From Candidatus Hodarchaeota archaeon (GTDB taxonomy: Archaea; Asgardarchaeota; Lokiarchaeia; Sigyniarchaeales; SOKP01), in the NCBI GenBank assembly GCA_048887165.1, contig JBHLJZ010000008.1, positions 2,340 through 66,339 of the forward strand: DNA of 64,000 bases, given 5' to 3'. The translations under genes were made by a program, and so were the position numbers. The notes below the pieces were generated by a model. The model worked only from the letters and a program-made list of their open reading frames with translations, ran no database searches and was not told the origin of the DNA. Shown in pieces: positions 30,190 to 39,565 of the stretch; position 1 is the first letter of the stretch; each line of letters begins with the position of its first letter.

Positions 30190-31293
30190 TTAATTTACTT
30201 TTATTTGTTGTTCTGTTCCTATCTCAATTAATTTATCAGTAGCAATTCGGGATTCAATTAATTTTTCAAGTGCTAAACCTTGTACTGTCCTTCCTTTATT
30301 CATAAAATCTATCCCACATAAGATCGAAGATAAATTTATTACAGAATCTATTATTGGTGTCTCAATGCCTAAAAATTTTGCTAAAGATGAAATGGGGACT
30401 AAACCAGTTGGTACATCTTCAGTAAAATATCTTGTGATTAATTCTTTTGGGGCATTTATATTTTCATAAGCCTTGATTTTTTTTATAGCCTTATGAATCG
30501 ATTTTTTTTTGACTCCATAGGATTTATTTGCCCACTCGCAAAATCTAATTTGTTTTATTCTTAAAATTTCAAAAATTTTATTCAATTCAGTTTGAATATT
30601 CTCAAGGACCTCACATGTTCTAGAGGTTGCACCTTCTGCATAAAATTTAAAGGGTATTCCTGAATCCATAGCACCAGCATTCAATAGTGAAATAGTTGGA
30701 TGTAATAACATCCCAATATTATTTAATGTCATTTCAAGATAATCATCTACAGGATTCAATTGGTGAAATATCTCTCTCAGCGTATCATACACATAGAAGG
30801 TATCTTTGTCTGGAAAAGCAGCAAAATCAACCATATCTTTAATTTTAAGGATTTTTACTCCGTTCTTTTTTAACTGCCTTGAAGTAAAGACTAACGTTTG
30901 AGTTTCAGCAATGAAAATTGGGAATGATATCCCTTTCTGTTCAATTACTCTCCTAAATTCAACAGCACCAAAACTCCTTCCGGGATTTAATAGGATTATT
31001 TGATCACGAAAAAGATATTGTGCAATTTTTTCAGCAATAGATTTATGTGCTGAAGCGGGAATAACTACCAATATGACATCAGCATCTCTTACTGCTAATT
31101 CTAAATCTTGTGTAATTAAGTTACACGGATAATAACCTTTTATTTCTCCAGATGCTTTAACACCGCCTTTTTTTTTTATATCTATAATTCTTGTAAATGA
31201 ACGATTATATAGATTTACAGGGTATCCTTTGGAAGATAAGTAAGCTGCAAAGGCACGACCACCATTTCCTGCTCCGATTACACAAAATTTCAT
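30190..31293 (-). CDS. NAD(P)-dependent opine (octopine/nopaline) dehydrogenase-family oxidoreductase
   Basis: N-terminal Rossmann motif KFCVIGAGNGGRAFAAYLSSKGYPVNLY, a ~360 aa length and the C-terminal helical domain typical of this family. Its start overlaps the upstream stop as ATGA. Confidence 0.65.
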   Translation of the reverse strand: MKFCVIGAGNGGRAFAAYLSSKGYPVNLYNRSFTRIIDIKKKGGVKASGEIKGYYPCNLITQDLELAVRDADVILVVIPASAHKSIAEKIAQYLFRDQIILLNPGRSFGAVEFRRVIEQKGISFPIFIAETQTLVFTSRQLKKNGVKILKIKDMVDFAAFPDKDTFYVYDTLREIFHQLNPVDDYLEMTLNNIGMLLHPTISLLNAGAMDSGIPFKFYAEGATSRTCEVLENIQTELNKIFEILRIKQIRFCEWANKSYGVKKKSIHKAIKKIKAYENINAPKELITRYFTEDVPTGLVPISSLAKFLGIETPIIDSVINLSSILCGIDFMNKGRTVQGLALEKLIESRIATDKLIEIGTEQQIKVN

Positions 31294-33035
31294 TCATCTA
31301 TCACCTCAAAAACAGTACTTTCATTTTGCTTTAACAAATCTGAGATATTAATATCCGACAGGTTAAAGATAATATCTTTAATTCTCTGGATTTCATCATA
31401 TTTTTTATTCTGTGTCAAATCCCATGAATAACAAGCACCATTAATTATTTTAGTGTTAATTACTCCTAAAGCAAATTTGTTATTTTTTAAATGCGGAGCA
31501 TCAAAAATTCCATATTTTACAAGCCGGTTTAAAACATTAGAATTAATATATGGATTTTTATACTCTTTTTTATATTTAGCCAAGTAGGGTATTAAATTAA
31601 CAATCCACTTTGCTTGTTTAATAAGTTCTTCTTTTCTTTCTTGTATTTTATTGTCAATGAAGTTTATTTCACTTGAATAAACTTTATTTATGACCTGATC
31701 TACTATTTTGCAGCTTTCAATTACATCTTCAGGAAGAGTGGCGTGATTAGCCTCCGAGAAACTAACTACATGAACAATATCTGGCTTTATTGCTAATTGG
31801 ACCATAGTTGCTACTGCTAATTGACCCTTAGCTCTATCTAAATCTAATGGAAAGCTAGCTAATCCAGTTCTCACTTGTTTAATTACTGAAAAATTCTTGT
31901 CTGTTAAAGTGTTAAGTAATTCATTTTTTGCCAGAATCTTTGCCAAGTCCATATTAAGGGAGCTTGAAGGGGGTGTATTAAACATGTATTGTGCAATAAA
32001 GAATTTTACGCCTAGATTTTTAGCTATAATACCAGATAAATACATATCAGCTACCGCAATCGCATCTGGAGCATTTCTAAGACTCCAATGATGAGAATCA
32101 TTAATTTCAACAGGAATATTGTTTTTAGCATGCCAGTTTATAGCTTCTAGATGTTGTTTTATTGATTTTTTTAATGTTAAGGGCCCTCTTCCATCCATTT
32201 GATTAAACCAGAAAATTGGAATAGCAGCCCAGGCATTATGAATAGTTTCTCGATATAATTTAGCTAATTTAATGAAATCACGAGTACCCGCATAAATTCT
32301 TAACAAGGGGTAATTTCCTGTTAATCTTGCTTTATATAAGTTAATAAAGTCTTCTTTAGATCTGATGGGCACCCCTCCTGCCCCAGATAGTTCCTTAACC
32401 TGATCTCTGGGATGGAAGAAGTGCGCTTGCGTATTTTGATCAGGAGCAATTGATATTATATCTAATATCTCTGCGTTTGCAATTTTTGTTATTCCTTTTA
32501 AGGTCTTCTTTATAGTTGGTAATCCGAAATGTGCTCTTATAACTGGAAAAGGACTTTTCCACTTAATTCGTGAAATTAAATCTATAGGTATTTCGCTTTT
32601 TTCTTCAGTAATAACCAAATCTCTCCCTAAGGTCGATAATATCTTATATTTTGATTCTCCTCCAACAAAATATTCATCAAAGAGATTGAATTCTTTCGCA
32701 ACTTCAACTACTTCAGGAGTACCAGCAAAAAATAATTGTTGGGGTTTTTCTTTCAATTCATAAAATTTTTCTTTAAATTGTTGTAGAACTGGTCTAAGAG
32801 TAGCTGGTGTTAGTCTATAACTAAGTCCTAAAATATTCGGCTTATAACTCTTTAATTTATCAATAATTACTGAATTTGGAGTTGCGGGTCCCAGAAATAC
32901 ACATTTAAAGCCTAATGTTTTTGCGATATTTGTAAAATTATGCGGACCTGCTATATGAACACATTGACCAATACATGCAGTTAAAATTTTTTTAATTTCT
33001 GGCTTATTGACAATATTATTATTCATTTTTATCAT
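31290..33035 (-). CDS. B12-binding-domain-like N-terminus fused to a large (TIM-barrel-like?) domain, unknown function
   Basis: Residues ~15-110 follow the cobalamin-binding Rossmann pattern (ILTACIGQCVHIAGPHNF..LGFKCVFLG..KPNILGLSYRL), with CxHxxG in place of DxHxxG. The remaining ~450 aa are unassigned; any resemblance to the glutamate mutase E chain is a recollection only. Confidence 0.55.
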   Translation of the reverse strand: MIKMNNNIVNKPEIKKILTACIGQCVHIAGPHNFTNIAKTLGFKCVFLGPATPNSVIIDKLKSYKPNILGLSYRLTPATLRPVLQQFKEKFYELKEKPQQLFFAGTPEVVEVAKEFNLFDEYFVGGESKYKILSTLGRDLVITEEKSEIPIDLISRIKWKSPFPVIRAHFGLPTIKKTLKGITKIANAEILDIISIAPDQNTQAHFFHPRDQVKELSGAGGVPIRSKEDFINLYKARLTGNYPLLRIYAGTRDFIKLAKLYRETIHNAWAAIPIFWFNQMDGRGPLTLKKSIKQHLEAINWHAKNNIPVEINDSHHWSLRNAPDAIAVADMYLSGIIAKNLGVKFFIAQYMFNTPPSSSLNMDLAKILAKNELLNTLTDKNFSVIKQVRTGLASFPLDLDRAKGQLAVATMVQLAIKPDIVHVVSFSEANHATLPEDVIESCKIVDQVINKVYSSEINFIDNKIQERKEELIKQAKWIVNLIPYLAKYKKEYKNPYINSNVLNRLVKYGIFDAPHLKNNKFALGVINTKIINGACYSWDLTQNKKYDEIQRIKDIIFNLSDINISDLLKQNESTVFEVIDE

Positions 33036-33208
33036 AAAATTATCTCCTCATCGGAGTTTTATATTGTTCTTTCGCAATTATTCAAATAATCGACTTATGT
33101 TTATTCTCCAAGTCGATTACTTTAAATTAAAAATAGACATAAATACTACTTTTTGAACGATTAAACGATGAAATATGGATAATACTATATTATTATAGCA
33201 ATATTTGC

Positions 33209-33323
33209 TATTTAAATATAATGATCTTTTAAATAAAAGTAATCTCACTTTTTATTTAAATAGATAATCTTTTAAATAATAATATTTACTTGCAATTTAA
33301 ATAAACTTATATACTTTTAAATA
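33209..33323. repeat. array of six TTTAAATA octamers in about three degenerate ~43-44 bp units
   Basis: Exact TTTAAATA occurs at 33211, 33228, 33255, 33271, 33296 and 33316. The longer matches TATTTAAATA (33209, 33253) and ATCTTTTAAATAA (33224, 33267) each recur 43-44 bp apart. Confidence 0.6.
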
Positions 33324-33427
33324 CAATATTTATATAATAATAAAATATTTTTTTATCTTTTTTTAGAAATAAATTGAAACACTTGGTGAAATAATATTTC
33401 CACTGGTGAAATACGCAGAAAAAGCAC

Positions 33428-33620
33428 ATGGCAGATAATAAAAAATATTTATCAGGCTTTAGATGATGGAAAATTTCATACAATAAGCGATATATCTCAA
33501 ATTGCTAATTCAAACTGGAGTACAATTAAAAACCAAATTGAACTTATAAAAATGATCCAAGATATGCCAAAACTGGATATTATACATGCCTCAAAGCAAA
33601 TTTTAGTAAGAAGTTTGTAA
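33428..33620 (+). pseudogene. small winged-helix/HTH-like ORF, either frame-disrupted or initiating non-canonically
   Basis: The frame open over 33390..33620 encodes IYQALDDGKFHTISDISQIANSNWSTIKNQIELI..., which looks wHTH-like, but has no ATG/GTG/TTG before residue ~40. An ATG at 33428 is one frame off, across an A6 run (33440..33445). Confidence 0.35.
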
Positions 33621-33849
33621 GATAATAGCTTTAAAAATACGATCTTTGTCTAAATCTAATCAAACAGTTCTTTATCAAAATTTTAGTAAAATTTAGAAGG
33701 CAAATTAATTTTTCAAGAGAATTTGAACGGGTGAATGAAAAATTTTATAAAAAGCTCTCATAAATTTTATTACAAAAATTTGATTACTTTTAAATTATAA
33801 TTAATGAAAAGTCCATAATTATTATATCCTTCAAGGAGTCCTATCAGAA

Positions 33850-35199
33850 ATGAGCATTTATGCTGATGATGTTGTAAGTTTTACTTCCGTTTTAAAAATG
33901 GCATATAATTTTTTAACTGGAAGAGATTTCTTAAAGAGAAAGAAGTCAAGAGAAAAAAAGAAGATCATTTCGGTAGCATTAGGTTTTCCTGATTTGGTAT
34001 TTGCAGTAAATGCTGTTCCTGTGTTTCCTATAAGGATGGAATCTTTTAAAATAGATACTGTTTTAATGGCTCTAAATTCTGCCACTAGTGTCTTAGGTTG
34101 GGATTTAACCTCAAAATTTTTGGATATAGCAAGGAAAATTGATTTTTTAAAATTAGTTGACGGTACTTTAGACAATGTAATTAAGTCTATCAATGATAAA
34201 TATAATTTGATGTATGAATTGGGCATTGAGAATGGGATTCCTTCTGAACTTTGCTATGGAGTTAATGCATTATATGGAATGCATAAATCAGTTGGAATTA
34301 ATTTAGACGCTAATCTAAACTTTGCTATGCGTTGTAGTGAGTGGAATAAATATTCTGAATCTCTAAATTCTCTTGTTCCTAATCAAGTTTGGTTAGAAAT
34401 GCCTCCTAAAGACATTGAAGATGAAGAGAAAGCAATAGAATTAATTAAGGGGAATCTGAATAAAACAATTAACGAATTGGAGTCTATAACTGGTAATGTT
34501 GTTACAGATGAAAGTTTGAAAAAACAATTTCGTATAGGAAATCAAGTAAAAAGGTTTTATAAAACAATTCTATATGAAATAAGTGCTTCAAATTTTTATC
34601 CTTGTAATCCAGCAACATTTTCTGAAATTTTAGCTCTATTAACAATTTCATTTCAAGACTACAATTCTAATGCTCAGAGATATTTGGAAAATATGAGTCA
34701 ATTAGTAAAGGAAATGAGAGAACGAATCAAAAAAGGAATAGGTATGGATGTCTCTAATAGACCAAGAATCATTTTAGCACCGATTTTTGGGGGATGGGAA
34801 CCAAGAACTCATGAAATTATATATAATTTAGGAGGTCGAATAATTTATGCTGATTGGGATATTTTAGGTTTCTTAGAAGAAATCCCTGTGTCCAAAAATT
34901 CTGATCCTCTTGAAGATTATGCCCGTTTCTTATTTGATGCTTTAAATAAAGGAATTGGTTGTGATAAAGAAAATCTAACTAAATCATACTTAGATGCTGC
35001 CAGAAATATGGAAATTGATGGTTTTATTTTTAATCAAGTATATGGATGTGAGTCAATCTCTAATTTTTATATAGATATAAAGAAAAAGATTAAAAATGAG
35101 CTTGATATTCCCGCAACCGCTATTACGTTTAAGAAAATTGGAGAAAACGTTGATCTAATTCAAAACCAATTAGAGTCCTTTATGGCAATATTTAAGTAA
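33850..35199 (+). CDS. orphan paralog of the large 2-hydroxyacyl-CoA dehydratase subunit
   Basis: 449 aa and collinear with 25975..27330 over its whole length. Shared blocks include AVPVFPIRM, IYEISAS.FYPCNPATFSEIL, FQDYNSNA and GIGMDVS. No partner subunit or activase is adjacent. Confidence 0.75.
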   Translation: MSIYADDVVSFTSVLKMAYNFLTGRDFLKRKKSREKKKIISVALGFPDLVFAVNAVPVFPIRMESFKIDTVLMALNSATSVLGWDLTSKFLDIARKIDFLKLVDGTLDNVIKSINDKYNLMYELGIENGIPSELCYGVNALYGMHKSVGINLDANLNFAMRCSEWNKYSESLNSLVPNQVWLEMPPKDIEDEEKAIELIKGNLNKTINELESITGNVVTDESLKKQFRIGNQVKRFYKTILYEISASNFYPCNPATFSEILALLTISFQDYNSNAQRYLENMSQLVKEMRERIKKGIGMDVSNRPRIILAPIFGGWEPRTHEIIYNLGGRIIYADWDILGFLEEIPVSKNSDPLEDYARFLFDALNKGIGCDKENLTKSYLDAARNMEIDGFIFNQVYGCESISNFYIDIKKKIKNELDIPATAITFKKIGENVDLIQNQLESFMAIFK

Positions 35200-35234
35200 A
35201 TATATATTTTGAAGGAAAAGTAAAGAGTGAGGAT

Positions 35235-35813
35235 TTATTTTCTAAATAAATCGGAAGGTTTCATTAAGTGTGGTTCATCTTCTTCGTCATCTTTCTTTTT
35301 CTTCTTTGGAATGTAACCATAAACTTCAGTTTCTTCTGAAGTTGTAGATTGTGTTTGAGAAGGGGTAAGATTTATTCCAGCTGTTATAGGTTCAGGTTGT
35401 TGACCTACAGGAATGCTTTGAGGACCAACTGGTATCTCAACACTTGTTGATCCTTTTAAGATTTTCAATTCACTCAAGACTTTTTCTAAATTCATTGATT
35501 GAACACTTTTGTTCATAGTATCCATAATTTCTTGTAATGATTTAGAAGTCTCTCTCAATCCTTTAGGATTAATACCCGTTAATAATGAATCTAAATTGTT
35601 ATTTATATTTTCATTTAATTCTTTAAGTGATTCTAAAACAGTAGACCAATGTTTATTCATCTGAGATTCTATGGCGCCAATCATTTTAATGGTTTCATTC
35701 ATAAAATTAACGTGTGCTTCATACCTTTCTTCGTCTTTTGCACGCAAATCAGAAATCAACATAATTAATTTACGCAGAGCTTCTTTCTCTTCACTCATTT
35801 TATTAGCCGACAC
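35235..35813 (-). CDS. hypothetical protein, helical N-terminal part with Pro/Gln/Thr-rich and charged C-terminal tail
   Basis: 192-aa ORF with no recognisable motif. Confidence 0.45.
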   Translation of the reverse strand: MSANKMSEEKEALRKLIMLISDLRAKDEERYEAHVNFMNETIKMIGAIESQMNKHWSTVLESLKELNENINNNLDSLLTGINPKGLRETSKSLQEIMDTMNKSVQSMNLEKVLSELKILKGSTSVEIPVGPQSIPVGQQPEPITAGINLTPSQTQSTTSEETEVYGYIPKKKKKDDEEDEPHLMKPSDLFRK

Positions 35814-35974
35814 TTATAATTTTTCTTTATTATACTTATGATTATTTAAAAATTTATATATATTTATTTTTCACATAAGGAAGGAATATGTATTAAAGAA
35901 TTGATTTAAATTATTTTATAAAGAAAGCGAGATAAATAATAATCATTATAAATTCCAATAAGTACAATATTATA

Positions 35975-37465
35975 ATGTCAAAATTTAATGTAAAGTGGCC
36001 TAAAAATCCAAGAATTTTAGAAATTAATACATGGCCTTGGTTACATAGCTTATCAGAGATCCATGGACACGAAATAAAACTTGATAATATACCAGTTCAG
36101 TTGATAGATCAAGAATTAGCTTTTTTTGATGCTATATGGTTAATGGGTATATGGGAAAGAAGTCCAAAAGGAAGGGATATAGCTATAAATCATGAAGGCT
36201 TACAAGAAGAGTATCGTAAGGCCTTGAGATATTTTAATACTGAAGATGTTATTGGTTCGCCTTATTCTATTTATTATTATCATGTTGATTCTCACTACGG
36301 TCGGGCAGAGGCTTTAGAATCTTTTCGCAAAGATTTAGCAGAAAGAGACTTATTACTAATTCTTGATTATGTCCCTAATCATGTTTCAATCGATCATTTA
36401 TGGACACTCGAAAAATCCGATGTATTTATTAAGGGGACTATACAAGATCAAATGACGAAACCTTACGAATTCTTTTCTGTGGGTAATATAGTGTACGCTC
36501 ATGGTCGTGACCCTAACTTTCCTCCATGGACTGATACAGTTCAGATTAATGCTTTTTCAAAAGAAGCAAGAGAAAAGGCAATAAATACCCTTCTAAGCAT
36601 TGCAAAACAGTGTGATGGTGTGAGATGCGACATGGCAATGTTGATGTTAAATGAAATTTTTGTTCGTAATTGGGGAGAAAAAGCGGGTTCAGTTCCTGAG
36701 AAAGATTTCTGGGAAGAAGTGATACCTGCTGTCAAAGAAAAGTATCCAGATTTTATATTTATTGGAGAAGTATATTGGGATATGGAATGGAAACTTATGC
36801 AACAAGGTTTTGATTATTGCTATGATAAGCGATTGTATGAAAGATTAGCTAATGAAAATGCCCAAAATATTACTGAACATCTTAAAGGAGATTTAGATTT
36901 TCAAAAAAAGTTAGTAAGATTTATTGAAAATCATGATGAACAAAGAGCTGTCTCTGTTTTTGGAGAAGAAGCTTCAAAAGCTGCTGCAATGATCGCGTTG
37001 ACTCTACCTGGTGCTAGGTTAATCTATGAGGGTCAACTACATGGATATGAAATCAAATTACCTGTTCAACTTGGAAGAAGTCCAACCGAAGAAGGTAATA
37101 TCGATATAATGGATTTTTACAATAATTTTCTAGAAATTTGGCCAGGTAGAGAATTTAGTGAAGCTAAATGGGCACTTTGTGAAGTTAAATCAGTTAGTCC
37201 CGATGATTCCTCATTTAAAAATATAATTTCATACCATTGGCATACAGCAAATCAAGATTTATTAATTGTTGTTAATTACAGTTTGAATTCATCAAAAGCA
37301 CATGTAAAAGTTAAAGGTTTAGAATATGGTCTTTCAAATTGGAATTTTTCAGATAAATTAAATAAAAAAGAATATACATATAAAGGAAAAGATTTAGATG
37401 AAAATGGACTATATGTTGCATTAGATGCTTGGAAAGGTCATATATTTGAAATAAAAAAGCAATAA
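35975..37465 (+). CDS. alpha-amylase-family (GH13-like) glycoside hydrolase
   Basis: All four GH13 conserved regions are visible: LDYVPNHVS (I), DGVRCDMAM (II), FIGEVYWD (III) and FIENHDEQR (IV). No signal peptide is evident. Confidence 0.8.
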   Translation: MSKFNVKWPKNPRILEINTWPWLHSLSEIHGHEIKLDNIPVQLIDQELAFFDAIWLMGIWERSPKGRDIAINHEGLQEEYRKALRYFNTEDVIGSPYSIYYYHVDSHYGRAEALESFRKDLAERDLLLILDYVPNHVSIDHLWTLEKSDVFIKGTIQDQMTKPYEFFSVGNIVYAHGRDPNFPPWTDTVQINAFSKEAREKAINTLLSIAKQCDGVRCDMAMLMLNEIFVRNWGEKAGSVPEKDFWEEVIPAVKEKYPDFIFIGEVYWDMEWKLMQQGFDYCYDKRLYERLANENAQNITEHLKGDLDFQKKLVRFIENHDEQRAVSVFGEEASKAAAMIALTLPGARLIYEGQLHGYEIKLPVQLGRSPTEEGNIDIMDFYNNFLEIWPGREFSEAKWALCEVKSVSPDDSSFKNIISYHWHTANQDLLIVVNYSLNSSKAHVKVKGLEYGLSNWNFSDKLNKKEYTYKGKDLDENGLYVALDAWKGHIFEIKKQ

Positions 37466-37474
37466 TTTCCCTTA

Positions 37475-39331
37475 TTAATGTACTGTAACTGTTTTCGCTA
37501 AATTTAAAGGTTGATCGGGATCTAAATTATGTTTTAAAGCAGCATAATAGGAAAGCAACTGTAATGCTGAGATGAATGTTATTGGACTGAAAATAGTGTG
37601 ATATTTATCTGAAGGTTGAGGAATTCTTATTGTTATATCACTTAAATTGGTAATAACCTCATCACTCTCTACTACAACAGAAATTATTTTTCCTCCTCTT
37701 GCTTTAAATTCCATTACATTCCCGACTAATCTTTGATAAGTTTCGTCTGGGGGTGCAATAAAAATAATGGGAAATCCTTCTCTCACTAAAGAGATTGGTC
37801 CATGTTTAGCATGTGCAGCTGAATAGCCTTCAATAAAACGACACGCAACTTCTTTTAGTTTTAAACCCCCCTCCTTCGCAGTTGCTATTGAAACTCCACG
37901 AGCTAGGTAAAAGAAATTATGACTTTTATCTAAATTATCAACAATAGTTTTTATTAGATTAACGTTATTTTCTAAAAACTCTTCAATAATATCTGGTGTT
38001 GATTGTAATGCCTGAAAATATTTATCTATTTCTTCTTTAGATCTCATCTTTCTCAATTTTGCTATTTCAAGGGCAATTAATGCTAATGTTAAGACTTGTG
38101 TACAATAAGTCTTTGTAGCAGCAACACCTATTTCTGGCCCTGCTTGGGTCACAATTACGTGATCTGAATAACGAGTAAGTGTTGATCCTACAACATTGGT
38201 GATACAGAGAACAGAAACTTTATTTTTTAGTTTATCTTTTGCCCATCTTATTGCTTCAATAGTATCGACAGTCTCACCAGATTGAGAGATAGCAATAATA
38301 ACTGAATCTTCATGTAATGCACTCCCGAGTTGAGTTTGAAATTCAGAACATTCAATTGCTTGAATATATTTATCGAGAAATTTAGTGATAATAAATTTTC
38401 CTGCTAATGAAGCATAAAATGAAGTACCAGCAGCAGTTATGTAGATGTTCTTTGCAGACCATAATATCCTTGCAAACTCTCTTAGTACTTCTTTAGATAT
38501 TTTCATAGTGCGCCTCATTGCACTTGGTTCTTCGTAAATCTCTTTTAACATAAAATGTTCAAATCCACCTTTCTCTGCGGCATCAATACTCCAATCTATT
38601 TGTTGGATTTCTTTTTCTTTTGGTATAGTGCAATTATTAAGATCAAAAAATTCGATACTTCCAGGATGCAATATCGCCATTTCATCATCATCTAATATAA
38701 AACATTTTCGAGTATATGGCAAAAAAGCGGGAATGTCAGAGGCGCAATAACTTGATTTACCCTCTTCTATTCCAATTACGATAGGAGATTCTTTTCTTAC
38801 AGCAATTATCATATTTGGATAATCAGCATGACAAATTGCTACTCCATATGCTCCCTTACATTGATTTATAGCCTCTGCAACCGCTTCTTTAAAAAGTAAA
38901 CCCTTTTTCATATAATCTTCTATTAAATGAGGAATAATCTCTGTGTCAGTATCAGATCTAAAAATATGACCCTTTGAGAGTAAAATTTCTTTTAGTTCAA
39001 TGAAATTTTCAAGAATACCATTATGAATTACTGCAATTTTATCCGAGCAATCTAGATGAGGATGACTATTAATTTTTGTTGGAGCACCATGTGTGGCCCA
39101 TCTAGTATGGGCTAGTGCAATTTTTGCTCCATTAGGAAATTCATCTAATCTAATTTTTTTATGAATTTCATCAATTTTTCCAGCATCCTTTTTAATATAC
39201 AATTGTGAATTGTATTGTGTAACGATACCGCAAGAATCATATCCACGATATTCTAGTCTTTTTATTCCTTCTAAAGCAATTTTTCCAACTGAAATTTCTT
39301 GATTTGTAACTATTCCAAAGATACCACACAA
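37475..39331 (-). CDS. glmS: glutamine--fructose-6-phosphate aminotransferase (isomerising)
   Basis: MCGIFGIV Ntn-amidotransferase start, two SIS domains (ISQSGETVDT) and the C-terminal LAKTVTVH ending typical of GlmS. Confidence 0.95.
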   Translation of the reverse strand: MCGIFGIVTNQEISVGKIALEGIKRLEYRGYDSCGIVTQYNSQLYIKKDAGKIDEIHKKIRLDEFPNGAKIALAHTRWATHGAPTKINSHPHLDCSDKIAVIHNGILENFIELKEILLSKGHIFRSDTDTEIIPHLIEDYMKKGLLFKEAVAEAINQCKGAYGVAICHADYPNMIIAVRKESPIVIGIEEGKSSYCASDIPAFLPYTRKCFILDDDEMAILHPGSIEFFDLNNCTIPKEKEIQQIDWSIDAAEKGGFEHFMLKEIYEEPSAMRRTMKISKEVLREFARILWSAKNIYITAAGTSFYASLAGKFIITKFLDKYIQAIECSEFQTQLGSALHEDSVIIAISQSGETVDTIEAIRWAKDKLKNKVSVLCITNVVGSTLTRYSDHVIVTQAGPEIGVAATKTYCTQVLTLALIALEIAKLRKMRSKEEIDKYFQALQSTPDIIEEFLENNVNLIKTIVDNLDKSHNFFYLARGVSIATAKEGGLKLKEVACRFIEGYSAAHAKHGPISLVREGFPIIFIAPPDETYQRLVGNVMEFKARGGKIISVVVESDEVITNLSDITIRIPQPSDKYHTIFSPITFISALQLLSYYAALKHNLDPDQPLNLAKTVTVH

Positions 39332-39565
39332 TGGCCTGGTTCACTCAAAAGATTGGTTTATTTTTTTATTATTTATTCTATAGTTTAACTAATTTCAAAC
39401 CTTTATTAAAATTTTGAAATTTATTTTAATTTGTATTAATTTAATGTAAATAAATTAAAAAATAATGATATGTGATCTAAATTTATCTTAAAATTATTCA
39501 AAAAGTATCTTTAAGTATAAATTATATTCATACTACCTATAATCAATTCAAAAAATATCCTTAAT

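Noticed and set aside
39391-39421. A perfect 9-bp inverted repeat, AATTTCAAA-N13-TTTGAAATT, in the glmS/SIS divergent promoter region. It could be a candidate operator.
   Set aside because: In a ~230-bp spacer that is almost entirely A/T, my rough estimate is that about one such 9-bp inverted repeat with a short spacer is expected by chance. It is not distinguishable from background without comparative data.
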